DNA from: Candidatus Fervidifonticultor secundus
GTDB taxonomy: Bacteria > Sysuimicrobiota > Sysuimicrobiia > Sysuimicrobiales > Humicultoraceae
DNA length: 24,000 nt
Reading direction: 5' to 3'
NCBI GenBank assembly: GCA_031459385.1
Contig: JAVKIP010000011.1
Coordinates: forward strand, 29,666-53,665
Below the pieces are notes generated by a model. The model did not search any database. It saw nothing but the letters and a program-made list of their open reading frames with translations, and was not told the origin of the DNA. The translations under genes and the position numbers were made by a program. Of the stretch, positions 7,321 through 15,305 are shown piece by piece; within the stretch, counting starts at the first letter, position 1; every line of letters starts with the position of its first letter.

Positions 7321-8324
7321 ACTCCGCCCCGCGGGCCGGCGCCGGCATGGGTGAGCGGCCGACGCTGATCATCGGCGAGGAAGAGTTCCTCGCGGAGGAG
7401 GCGCTGGGGCGCCTGCTGGATCGGCTGCTCCCGGGCGAGGAGCGGGCCCTGAACCTCGACGTGCTCGAGGCCACCGCGCCCGTCGGCGAGCTGCTCGTGC
7501 GCCTGCAGACGGCGCCGTTCTTCGGCCCGCGCCGGGTGGTCGTGGTCCGGCGCCTGGAGGCGATGCGCGACGCCGATCAAGAGCGGCTCGCGGCGCACCT
7601 GGACGCGGCGGGCGAGGCGCCCACCGCGGCGATCTTCGTCGCGCGCGAGCTCGACCGACGCCGACGCCTGTTCCAGGTGTTCACGCGACGCGCCGAGATC
7701 GTGGAGTGCCGGCCGCTGCCCCCGCGGGAGCTCCCCCGGTGGGTGGCCGAGCGGTTCCGGGCCGTCGGCAAGCGGGCCGGGCCCGGTGCCGCCGAGCAGC
7801 TGGTGGCGCTGGCGGGCAGCGGGCTGCGCGACCTCGCCCACGAGGTGGAGAAGGTGGCAGCCTACGCGGGTGATCGGGCCATCGTTACGCCGGCGGACGT
7901 GACGGCGATCGCCAGCCGCCTGGGAGAGGCCTCGGTCTTCACGCTGGTGGACGCCGTGGGCAACGGAGAGATGGCCACGGCCTTGCGCGCGCTGCACGAC
8001 AACCTGGCCACCCACGAGCCCCTGCAGGTGCTGTTCATGATCGCCCGGCAGTTCCGGTTGATCCTCCGCGCGCACCACCTGGTCGCCCGGGGCGGCGGCG
8101 CCGCGGTCGCGGACCGGCTGGGCGTGCCGCCGTTCGTGGCGCGCAAGGTGGCCGAGCAGGCACGGCGGTTCCGCGCCGGCCAGTTCCCGGGGATCTTCGC
8201 GGCGCTGGAAGACGCCGATCGGACCATCAAGAGCGGGAGCCCCGCCAGGCTGGTGCTCGAGACGCTGATCGTGCGGCTGTGCGGCGGCGAGCGGCGCGCC
8301 GCGGTGGGGCGGCGGGGACGGTGA
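7317..8324 (+). CDS. holA: DNA polymerase III delta subunit.
   Basis: Track ORF of 335 aa. It shows the N-terminal LIIGEEEFLAEEAL pattern, the length and composition of HolA, and the conserved position directly after comEC. GTG 7317 overlaps the comEC stop (GTGA). ATG 7347 (MGERPTLIIGEE) is an equally plausible start. Confidence 0.85.
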   Translation: MNSAPRAGAGMGERPTLIIGEEEFLAEEALGRLLDRLLPGEERALNLDVLEATAPVGELLVRLQTAPFFGPRRVVVVRRLEAMRDADQERLAAHLDAAGEAPTAAIFVARELDRRRRLFQVFTRRAEIVECRPLPPRELPRWVAERFRAVGKRAGPGAAEQLVALAGSGLRDLAHEVEKVAAYAGDRAIVTPADVTAIASRLGEASVFTLVDAVGNGEMATALRALHDNLATHEPLQVLFMIARQFRLILRAHHLVARGGGAAVADRLGVPPFVARKVAEQARRFRAGQFPGIFAALEDADRTIKSGSPARLVLETLIVRLCGGERRAAVGRRGR

Positions 8325-8384
8325 CGGCGCCGGTGGGGCGGACCTGCCCGCGGCAGTGTCGCACCCACCCAGCCGCCGCCGGGA

Positions 8385-8403
8385 GCGAAGAGACGCTCTT
8401 CGC
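8385..8403. terminator. Possible bidirectional hairpin between the convergent holA and rpsT genes.
   Basis: GCGAAGAG (8385-8392), loop ACG, then CTCTTCGC (8396-8403) form an 8-bp stem. There is no T or U tract on either strand, so support is weak. Confidence 0.25.
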
Positions 8404-8422
8404 CGCCCCCTGCGCCGCGCGG

Positions 8423-8671
8423 TCAGGCGGGACGGGCGCTCGCGCGGCGCATCAGGCGGGCCTTGGTGCGGGCGGCGACGTTGGGGTGAATGACGCGGCG
8501 CAGCGCGGCTTTGTCCAGCGCCTTCTGCGCCAGGGGGATCCGGGACGGATCGGCCAGCGCCCGTTTCACCAGCGTCTTGATGCGCGACTTCACCGACGCG
8601 TTGGCCGCGCGCCGGCGCGCCGACTTGCGCAGATGCTTGAGCCCCGATCTGATCCGCTTGGCCACGTGCAT
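8423..8671 (-). CDS. rpsT: 30S ribosomal protein S20.
   Basis: Track ORF of 82 aa, MHVAKRIRSGLKHLRKSARRRAANASVKSRIKTLVKRA... It is a small, very basic protein with the S20 N-terminal K/R pattern. A strong RBS (GGAGG, reverse complement of 8674-8678) lies just upstream of the ATG. The position next to holA matches Bacillota synteny. Confidence 0.93.
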   Translation of the reverse strand: MHVAKRIRSGLKHLRKSARRRAANASVKSRIKTLVKRALADPSRIPLAQKALDKAALRRVIHPNVAARTKARLMRRASARPA

Positions 8672-8714
8672 GCCTCCTGCAGGGGCGCACAGCCCGCTGC
8701 GTCAGTCCCGCGGC

Positions 8715-8743
8715 ATTCTAGCACGCGCGCCGGAGACGGACAA
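8715..8743 (-). promoter_or_regulatory. Candidate rpsT promoter with an extended -10.
   Basis: The minus strand reads TTGTCC (8743-8738), a 17-bp spacer ending in TGC, then TAGAAT (8720-8715). This is a -35, a 17-bp spacer and a TGn-extended -10. It predicts a leader of about 37 nt to the ATG at 8671. Confidence 0.6.
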
Positions 8744-8757
8744 GCCGACGATCGCTC

Positions 8758-10365
8758 ATGACCGTCGCGCCGCCGCGCCTGGTGCGTGCCGCGTCACTGC
8801 TGGCAGTGGCGACGGTGGGCAGCCGCGTCCTGGGCCTGGTCCGCGAGATCGTCGTGGCGGCGCTGTTCGGCGCCACGGATGCGAAAGCCGCGTACGTGAT
8901 CGGGTACTATGTGCCGTTCTTCGTGCAGCGGCTGTTCCTCGGCGGGACGCTCTCCATCGTGCTGATCCCCACCCTGGCCGAGGTCGAGGCCCGGGCGGGC
9001 GAGGTCGAGCGCGCGCGCGTCGTCGGGTCGCTCTTCACGCTGGTCGTGGGCGTGGGCGCGGCGATGGTCGTCCTGGGACAGCTGGCGGCGCCCTGGCTGG
9101 TGCCGATCGCCGCGCCAGGGTTTGCGGCGAACCCCGCGCAGATGGCGCTCACGGTGCACCTGACGCGCATCAACTTCCTGGCGATGTTCTTCCTGGCCCT
9201 GGCGGTGTTCGCCACGGCCTATCTCCAGGCCCGGCAGCGGTTCACCGCGCCGGCGCTGGCGCCGCTGGCGTTCAACGTGACGATCATCGTGCTGACCCTC
9301 TGGCTGGGCCCGCGGCTGGGGATCACCGGGCTGGCCGTGGCCTGGGTGGCCGGCACAGCAGTGCTGTTCGCCGCGCAGGCACCGGCGCTGTGGACGGCCG
9401 GGTTCCGCGCGCGTCTGACCGTCGACTGGACCCATCCCGCGTTGCGCACGCTGGCGCGGCTGGCGTTCCCCGCCATGCTCGGCCTGGCCATCGTCGAGAT
9501 CAACGCCTACGTCGGTCGGCTGCTCGCCTCGCTGTTGCCCGCCGTCCCTGGCGTCAACGCCGTTGCGGCGCTGGACTACGCGTACGAGGTCGTGCAGGCG
9601 CCGATCGGCATTCTGGCCATCTCGGTCGCGACGGTCCTCTTCCCGGGCATGAGCCAGGCCGCTGCCGGCGGCGACCACGCGGCGCTCCGGCAGACGACGG
9701 CGCTCGGGATCCGTGCCCTGGTGTTCCTCGTGCTGCCGGTGTCTCTGGCCCTGGCGGCGCTGGCCGAGCCAGTGGTGCGCGTGGTGTTCGAGCGCGGCGA
9801 GTTCGGCACCGGCGCCACGGCCACGGTGGCCGCGTGCCTGGCGGCCTATGCGGTGGGCCTGGTGCCCATGGCGCTGTACTACGTGGCGACGCGGGCCTTC
9901 TACGCCCTGCAGCGCGTGCGCACGCCCGTCGCGGTGGGCGCCGCCATGGTGGTGGTGAACGCGCTGCTGGCCCTGGGGCTGATGCGCCGTCTGGGCGTCG
10001 CAGGGATCGCGCTGGCCAGCGGCGTGGTGGCCGTCGCCAACGTGGCCGTGCTGCTGATCCTGCTGGCGCGCGCGCTCGGGGGCCTGGAGGGCGGGCGGGC
10101 GGCGTCCACCGCGCTGCGAGCCGGGCTCGCCGCCGCCGCCGCCGTGGCGGGCGCGCGGGTGGTGCTGACCGGGCTCCACGACAGCCTGGCGCCGGCAGGC
10201 GCTGCCGGGCGCGCGGCGGCGCTGGGCGTGGCGCTCGGCGCCGCCGCGATCATCTACCTGGCTGGCTGCGCGGCCCTGCGCGTCGAGGAGGTGGCGCTCC
10301 TGCGGGATCTGGTGCGCCGGCGGGGACGGCGGGCGGCCGCGCCCGCCGCGTCGGGCGTTCCTTGA
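8758..10365 (+). CDS. murJ: Lipid II flippase MurJ (MviN).
   Basis: Track ORF of 535 aa. The N-terminal SLLAVATVGSRVLGLVREIVVAALFGATDAKAAY is the MurJ signature, followed by about 14 hydrophobic segments. Confidence 0.92.
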   Translation: MTVAPPRLVRAASLLAVATVGSRVLGLVREIVVAALFGATDAKAAYVIGYYVPFFVQRLFLGGTLSIVLIPTLAEVEARAGEVERARVVGSLFTLVVGVGAAMVVLGQLAAPWLVPIAAPGFAANPAQMALTVHLTRINFLAMFFLALAVFATAYLQARQRFTAPALAPLAFNVTIIVLTLWLGPRLGITGLAVAWVAGTAVLFAAQAPALWTAGFRARLTVDWTHPALRTLARLAFPAMLGLAIVEINAYVGRLLASLLPAVPGVNAVAALDYAYEVVQAPIGILAISVATVLFPGMSQAAAGGDHAALRQTTALGIRALVFLVLPVSLALAALAEPVVRVVFERGEFGTGATATVAACLAAYAVGLVPMALYYVATRAFYALQRVRTPVAVGAAMVVVNALLALGLMRRLGVAGIALASGVVAVANVAVLLILLARALGGLEGGRAASTALRAGLAAAAAVAGARVVLTGLHDSLAPAGAAGRAAALGVALGAAAIIYLAGCAALRVEEVALLRDLVRRRGRRAAAPAASGVP

Positions 10366-10391
10366 CCTGGGGACAACCGTGATGGTAGGCT
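10362..10391 (+). promoter_or_regulatory. Candidate sigma-A-type promoter of the hrcA operon.
   Basis: TTGACC (10362-10367, overlapping the murJ stop), an 18-bp spacer ending in TGG, then TAGGCT (10386-10391). This places the transcription start just upstream of CIRCE, which is the usual arrangement. Confidence 0.5.
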
Positions 10392-10400
10392 GGGTGGTGA

Positions 10401-10427
10401 TTAGCACTCTCGTCGTGAGAGTGCTAA
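10401..10427 (+). promoter_or_regulatory. CIRCE operator (HrcA binding site).
   Basis: TTAGCACTC-tcgtcgtga-GAGTGCTAA is a perfect match to the consensus TTAGCACTC-N9-GAGTGCTAA. It lies 20 nt upstream of the hrcA ATG, and GGAGG at 10433-10437 serves as the RBS. Confidence 0.95.
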
Positions 10428-10446
10428 TCTCGGGAGGGTCGAGGGG

Positions 10447-11472
10447 ATGACCCAGCTCGACGAGCGCAAGCGGGCGGTGCTGTGCGCCGTGGTCGAGGAG
10501 TACATCCGCTCGGCGGAGCCCGTCGGCTCGGAACACCCCGCGGTCCGCGAGCGCGTGGGCGTCAGCCCGGCCACGATCCGGAACACGATGGCCGCGCTCG
10601 AAGAGCTAGAGCTGCTGACCCACCCGCACACCTCGGCCGGCCGGGTGCCCACCGACGCGGGCTACCGGCTGTACGTGGACCTGCTGCTGCACGCCGAGCC
10701 GCTGCCGGCGGCCGAGCGCCAGACGATCCGGCGGCGGCTGGAGCGCACGGCGGACCCCGACGAGGTCCCCGAGGAGGCCGCGCGCGTGCTGGCTCTGGTG
10801 ACCCACTACGCGTCGGTGGTGGCCTCGGCCTCGCTCGAGCACCAGACGTTCCGCTCGCTGCACCTGATGCCGGTGGGCGCCCGCCGCGCGCTGGCAGTCA
10901 TCGTGACGACCGCGGGCGGTTTCCAGGGCCGCGTGATCGACCTGCCCGAAGGGATCGGCCCGGACGATCTCGAGCAACTGTCGCGGACGCTCACGCAGCG
11001 CCTCCAGGGCGTGCGCCTGGCAGATCTCACGCACGACTGGCTGGAACGGGCTGTGGACGAGGCGTCGTGGCACCACCGGCTGCTGCAGGAGGTGCAGGGC
11101 TGGCTGCGCCGCGAGGTGGCGCGGGGCGGGGTGCGCATTGTGGTGGAAGGCACGCGGCACCTGCTCCGCGAGCCCGAGTTCCACCGGCCCGAGGCCGCCA
11201 CGCGCGTGCTGTCGGTGCTCGAAGAGGAGACGCTCCTGGCCGAAGCGCTGGCCGGGGCCCCGGCGGAGGGCGTCTGGATCACCATCGGCAGCGAGAATCG
11301 CCGCGAGGAGCTGCGCGCGTGCAGCCTCGTTGTGGCCACCTACCGCGCGGGCGGGCAGCCCGCCGGGCTCGTGGGCCTCGTGGGACCCACCCGCATGCGC
11401 TACCGTCGCGCGGTGTCCGCGGTGCGCTACGTGGCCGACCGGCTGAGCGAAGCCCTCGCGGCGCTGGAGTAG
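10447..11472 (+). CDS. hrcA: Heat-inducible transcription repressor HrcA.
   Basis: Track ORF of 341 aa. ERKRAVLCAVVEEYIRSAEPVGSE, SPATIRNTMAALEELELLTHPHTSAGRVPTDAGYRLYVD and the C-terminal GLVGPTRMRYRRAVSAVRYV are HrcA hallmarks. Confidence 0.95.
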   Translation: MTQLDERKRAVLCAVVEEYIRSAEPVGSEHPAVRERVGVSPATIRNTMAALEELELLTHPHTSAGRVPTDAGYRLYVDLLLHAEPLPAAERQTIRRRLERTADPDEVPEEAARVLALVTHYASVVASASLEHQTFRSLHLMPVGARRALAVIVTTAGGFQGRVIDLPEGIGPDDLEQLSRTLTQRLQGVRLADLTHDWLERAVDEASWHHRLLQEVQGWLRREVARGGVRIVVEGTRHLLREPEFHRPEAATRVLSVLEEETLLAEALAGAPAEGVWITIGSENRREELRACSLVVATYRAGGQPAGLVGLVGPTRMRYRRAVSAVRYVADRLSEALAALE

Positions 11473-11481
11473 CCCCGGCCC

Positions 11482-12603
11482 GTGCCGTCCCGGGATCTCT
11501 ATGCCGTCCTCGGGGTGGATCGTAACGCCACGCAGGAGGAGATCAAGCAGGCGTTCCGCCGTCTGGCCCGTGAGTACCACCCCGACGTCAACAAGTCCGC
11601 CGGCGCCGAGGAACGGTTCAAGGAGATCAACGAGGCGTACCAGATCCTGGGCGATCCAGCCAAGCGCCAGCAGTACGACCGCTTCGGTCGGGTGACCGGT
11701 GACGTCGACCGCGATCCTTTCGCGGGGACCTCGCCCTTCGACGACCTCTTCGAGATGTTCTTCGGCGGCCGCCCCGGCGGGACGCGCGCTGCGGCCGAGG
11801 CGCGCGAGGCGCCCGAGCGGGGTGCCGACCTGCGGGTCGAGCTGGAGATCACGCTGGAGGAGGTCGCCACAGGGGTCGAGCGGCGCATCCAGGTGCCCCG
11901 GCTCGAGACCTGCCCCGCCTGTTTTGGGACCGGCGCCGAGCGCGGCTCGCGGCCGGAACGGTGCCCGACTTGCCAGGGAACCGGCGAGATCCGGCATGTC
12001 TCGCGCACCGTCTTCGGGCACTTCACGCGGATCGGACCGTGTCCGCAGTGCGGCGGGGTGGGCACGTACATCGCCAACCCGTGTCGGCAGTGCCGCGGCG
12101 CAGGCCGGGTGGAGGCGCAGCGCGAGGTCACCGTCACCATTCCGGCCGGAGTCGAGGACGGCATGCAGCTGCGCCTGGCGGGTGAGGGGGAAGCCGGCGC
12201 CCGGGGCGGCGCGCGCGGCGACCTCTACGTCGTGGTGCGGGTGGCGCCTCACCGGGTGTTCACACGTCGCGGCCCCGACCTGTCGTGCGAGCTGGAGATC
12301 TCGATGGTCCAGGCCGCGCTCGGCGACGTGATGCACATCGAGACGCTCACCGGGACGGCGAAGCTCGAGGTGCCACCCGGCACCCAGCCGGGCGCGCGGC
12401 TCGTGCTGCGGGGCCACGGGTTGCCCGACCTGCGCGGCGGCAGGGGCGACCTCTACGTCACCGTCCGCGTGGTCATCCCCACGCGCCTGACCCCGGAGCA
12501 GCGCGCGCTGCTGGAGCAGTTCGCGCAGCGTGGCGGTGCGCGCGGCGGGCGGCGGAAACCCATCTTGAAGAAGGTCAAGGACCTGCTGCAGCCCTCGTCG
12601 TGA
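11482..12603 (+). CDS. dnaJ: Molecular chaperone DnaJ (type I).
   Basis: Track ORF of 373 aa. The J domain is [35 protein letters not shown] Gly/Phe-rich linker follows, then four CxxCxGxG zinc motifs ([32 protein letters not shown]). The GTG start lies 9 nt after the hrcA stop. Confidence 0.96.
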   Translation: MPSRDLYAVLGVDRNATQEEIKQAFRRLAREYHPDVNKSAGAEERFKEINEAYQILGDPAKRQQYDRFGRVTGDVDRDPFAGTSPFDDLFEMFFGGRPGGTRAAAEAREAPERGADLRVELEITLEEVATGVERRIQVPRLETCPACFGTGAERGSRPERCPTCQGTGEIRHVSRTVFGHFTRIGPCPQCGGVGTYIANPCRQCRGAGRVEAQREVTVTIPAGVEDGMQLRLAGEGEAGARGGARGDLYVVVRVAPHRVFTRRGPDLSCELEISMVQAALGDVMHIETLTGTAKLEVPPGTQPGARLVLRGHGLPDLRGGRGDLYVTVRVVIPTRLTPEQRALLEQFAQRGGARGGRRKPILKKVKDLLQPSS

Positions 12604-13481
12604 GGTGGATCGAGGTCGCGGTGGCCGTGCGGCCGGGGGAGGTCGAGGCCGCTGGTGCGCTGCTGCTCCGGGCTGCGCCCGCAGGGTTCGCCGAGGTGCT
12701 GCGGCGCCGGCGGCGGGTCCTGCTGGCGTACCTGCCTGCGTCGGCCGCCGGACGGGCAGCGCTGCGCCGGCTGCGGCTTGCGCTGCGCGGTCTGGGCCTG
12801 CACCCGCAGGCCCGCGTGCGCTCCGAGGCGGGCTGGCTGGTCCCGCAGCACGCGCACCACCGGCCGGTGCCCGTGGGCCCCATCGAGGTCCAGCCGGCGC
12901 AGTGGCGGCGTCCGCCAGCCGGCGGGCGCGTGGCCGTGCGGCTCGACGCCGGGATGGCGTTCGGCAGCGGCACGCACCCCACGACGCAGCTGTGCTTGCG
13001 GGGTCTGCTGCCGCTCGCGCGCGGCGCACGGGTGATCGACGTGGGGACGGGCTCCGGCATTCTGGCCATTGCGGCGGCACGCCTGGGCGCCGCGCGGGTA
13101 CTGGCCATCGACACCGACCCCGTTGCCGTAGCGGTGGCGCGGGCCAACGTGCGGAACAACGGGGTGGGCCAGCGCGTGCACGTGCGGCAGGGCGACGGTG
13201 TGCGCGGCGTGCGCGGGCGGGCCGACCTGGTGCTGGCCAACCTGACCGCCGAGGAGGTTGGCCGCGTGCTGCCGCAGCTGGTCCGGCGCCTCCGCCCGGG
13301 CGGGCGCGTGGTACTCAGCGGTTTCAGCTACGCTCGTGCGGCCGGTGTGGCGGCCGCGGCGGCGCGCTGCGGGCTGGCCGTGGAACGCGTCGCGCGGCTC
13401 CGCGGGTGGGCCGCGGTGCACGCGCGCACGGACGCGCGCCAGCGGACCGGGGCGGCGTCCGGACGGCGGGCGGGACCGTGA
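12600..13481 (+). CDS. prmA: Ribosomal protein L11 methyltransferase PrmA.
   Basis: This is the C-terminal 293 codons of the 12285..13481 track frame: VRWIEVAV...[18 protein letters not shown]...[21 protein letters not shown]...VLANL. The GTG at 12600 overlaps the dnaJ stop (GTGA). The upstream part of that track ORF lies inside dnaJ in another frame. Confidence 0.9.
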   Translation: MRWIEVAVAVRPGEVEAAGALLLRAAPAGFAEVLRRRRRVLLAYLPASAAGRAALRRLRLALRGLGLHPQARVRSEAGWLVPQHAHHRPVPVGPIEVQPAQWRRPPAGGRVAVRLDAGMAFGSGTHPTTQLCLRGLLPLARGARVIDVGTGSGILAIAAARLGAARVLAIDTDPVAVAVARANVRNNGVGQRVHVRQGDGVRGVRGRADLVLANLTAEEVGRVLPQLVRRLRPGGRVVLSGFSYARAAGVAAAAARCGLAVERVARLRGWAAVHARTDARQRTGAASGRRAGP

Positions 13482-14236
13482 GCGCGGGCGGGCCGCCGCG
13501 GCAGCCGGTGCGGCGCTTCTACGTGGCGTCCGGCAGCCTGCAGGGCTCCGCGATCGCGTTCGCCCCGCGCGAGGCCCACCACATCGCCCGCGTGCTGCGC
13601 CTGCGGGCCGGGACGCGCATCGTGGCGTTCGACGGCACCCAGGAGGTCGACGCGGAACTGGTCGAGGTCTCGGGCCACGCGGTCACGGCGCGGGCCCTGG
13701 GCCCGGCGCGGCGCGTGGAACGTCCGGTGGCGATCACGCTGCTCCAGGGCCTCCCGCGGGGACCCAAGATGGACCTGATCGTCCGCATGGCCACCGAGAT
13801 CGGCGTCGCCGCCGTGCAGCCGGTCCTGACCACGCGCAGCCTGCCGACCGCGGGCGCCGCGCGCCTGGAGCGGTGGCGGCGAATCGCGCGCGAGGCCGCG
13901 CGGCAGTGCGGCCGCGGAGATGTGCCGACGATCGACGCGCCCGCACCGCTGGTCGAGGCCCTGGCCGTCCTGGGCCCGGTGGACCTGCTGGTGGTGCCGT
14001 GGGAGCGCGCCACGCGCCCCCTGGGAGCGGCGACAGCGGGCCGGCCGTTCGTCACGGCGGGCGTGGTCGTGGGGCCGGAGGGCGGGCTCACCGACGACGA
14101 GGTGGCGGCCGTGACTGCCGCCGGCGGCGTTGCGGTCTCGTTGGGGCCGCTGGTGCTGCGCACGGAGACTGCGGGCGTGGTGACAGTGGCCATGCTGCTC
14201 TACGAGCGGCTGCTGCGATTGCATTTCGATTCATAA
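13478..14236 (+). CDS. rsmE: 16S rRNA (uracil1498-N3)-methyltransferase RsmE.
   Basis: This is the C-terminal 252 codons of the 12605..14236 track frame: RRFYVASGSL...ITLLQGLPRGPKMDLIVRMATEIGV...RWRRIAREAARQCGR...VVVGPEGGLTDDEV...SLGPLVLRTETAG. These are the RsmE PUA-like and SPOUT-domain motifs. The GTG at 13478 overlaps the prmA stop (GTGA). The stop codon is TAA. Confidence 0.9.
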   Translation: MSAGGPPRQPVRRFYVASGSLQGSAIAFAPREAHHIARVLRLRAGTRIVAFDGTQEVDAELVEVSGHAVTARALGPARRVERPVAITLLQGLPRGPKMDLIVRMATEIGVAAVQPVLTTRSLPTAGAARLERWRRIAREAARQCGRGDVPTIDAPAPLVEALAVLGPVDLLVVPWERATRPLGAATAGRPFVTAGVVVGPEGGLTDDEVAAVTAAGGVAVSLGPLVLRTETAGVVTVAMLLYERLLRLHFDS

Positions 14237-14255
14237 GACTGTATACTTATGCAGT
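14218..14255. promoter_or_regulatory. Two tandem ARG boxes (putative ArgR operator).
   Basis: ATTGCATTTCGATTCATA (14218-14235) and ACTGTATACTTATGCAGT (14238-14255) are separated by 2 bp. Each matches TNTGAATWWWWATTCANW at 12 of 16 specified positions and has the TGnAT-N4-ATnCA dyad. The site lies immediately upstream of argC, inside the only strongly AT-rich patch of the window. Confidence 0.6.
14219..14247 (+). promoter_or_regulatory. Candidate arg operon promoter overlapped by the ARG boxes.
   Basis: TTGCAT (14219-14224), a 17-bp spacer, then TATACT (14242-14247). The argC ATG (14257) begins only 9 nt after the -10 hexamer. Confidence 0.5.
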
Positions 14256-14256
14256 C

Positions 14257-15294
14257 ATGGCGATCCGGGTGAGCATTATCGGCGCCTCCGGCTACGGTGG
14301 CGGCGAACTGGTGCGGCTGCTGTGGGGGCATCCCCACGTACGACTGGTCCACCTCACCGCCGAGACCCGCAAGGCCGAGGCCTACGGCGACGTCTTCCCC
14401 AACCTGCGAGGCGTGGTGACCCACGCCACCGAGGAGGCGGACCTGGCGCGCGTCGCCGCCGACTCCGACGTGGTGTTCTTCGCGCTGCCCCACGGCATGC
14501 CGATGCAGATGGCCCCGCAGCTCGGCGACCGCGTGAAGATCATCGACCTGGGCGCCGACTTCCGGTTCCGCGATCCCGCGACGTACCAGCAGTGGTACCG
14601 GGTGCCGCATGCCTGCCCCGACCTGCTGGCCGCCGCGGTCTACGGGCAGCCCGAGGTGCACCGCGACCGGCTGCGCGCCGCGCGCGTGGTGGGCAATCCG
14701 GGCTGCTACCCCACCGCGGCGTTGCTGGCCATGGCGCCGTTCCTGCGGGCCGGGGTGGTGGAGGCCGACGGCATCGTGGTGGACGCCAAGTCGGGCGTCT
14801 CGGGCGCGGGCCGCGGTGTCTCCCTGGGCGTGCACTTCTCGGAGGTCAACGAGAACGTGAAGCCGTACAACGTGGCCGCGCACCGCCATCAGCCCGAGAT
14901 CGCCCAGGAGATCCAGCAGCTCACGGGGCGCCCGGCCACCGTCACCTTCGTCCCGCACCTGGTCCCCATGACGCGCGGCATCCTGGCCACCGTCTACCTC
15001 CGCCTGCGGCAGCGGCTGACCGCGCAGGAGGCCGAGGGCCTGCTCCAGGAGGCCTACGCCCGCGAGCCCTTCGTGCGCGTGCTGACCGGCGCCCTGCCGC
15101 AGACCAAGGCCACCTGTGGCTCCAACTACTGCGACGTGGCCGTGCGGGTCGACCAGGATGCGGGGTGGGTCATCGCCATGGCCGCCATCGACAATCTGGT
15201 CAAGGGCGCCAGCGGCCAGGCCATCCAGAACATGAACATCATGTGGGGGCTTCCCGAGGACGCCGGCCTGCGGGTGTTGCCCCTCTACCCGTGA
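14257..15294 (+). CDS. argC: N-acetyl-gamma-glutamyl-phosphate reductase.
   Basis: This is the C-terminal 345 codons of the 13258..15294 track frame, starting MAIRVSIIGASGYGGGELVRLL. It carries GNPGCYPTA (active-site Cys) and ends DNLVKGASGQAIQNMNIMWG. The upstream part of the track ORF overlaps prmA and rsmE out of frame. Confidence 0.95.
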   Translation: MAIRVSIIGASGYGGGELVRLLWGHPHVRLVHLTAETRKAEAYGDVFPNLRGVVTHATEEADLARVAADSDVVFFALPHGMPMQMAPQLGDRVKIIDLGADFRFRDPATYQQWYRVPHACPDLLAAAVYGQPEVHRDRLRAARVVGNPGCYPTAALLAMAPFLRAGVVEADGIVVDAKSGVSGAGRGVSLGVHFSEVNENVKPYNVAAHRHQPEIAQEIQQLTGRPATVTFVPHLVPMTRGILATVYLRLRQRLTAQEAEGLLQEAYAREPFVRVLTGALPQTKATCGSNYCDVAVRVDQDAGWVIAMAAIDNLVKGASGQAIQNMNIMWGLPEDAGLRVLPLYP

Positions 15295-15305
15295 CGGAGG
15301 CGTCC

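Noticed and set aside
12605-14236. A 543-aa ORF, and a 678-aa ORF at 13258..15294, each taken as a single gene.
   Set aside because: Only the 3' portions are real (rsmE from 13478 and argC from 14257). The 5' portions overlap prmA and rsmE in other frames and translate to low-complexity Arg/Gly/Ala sequence.
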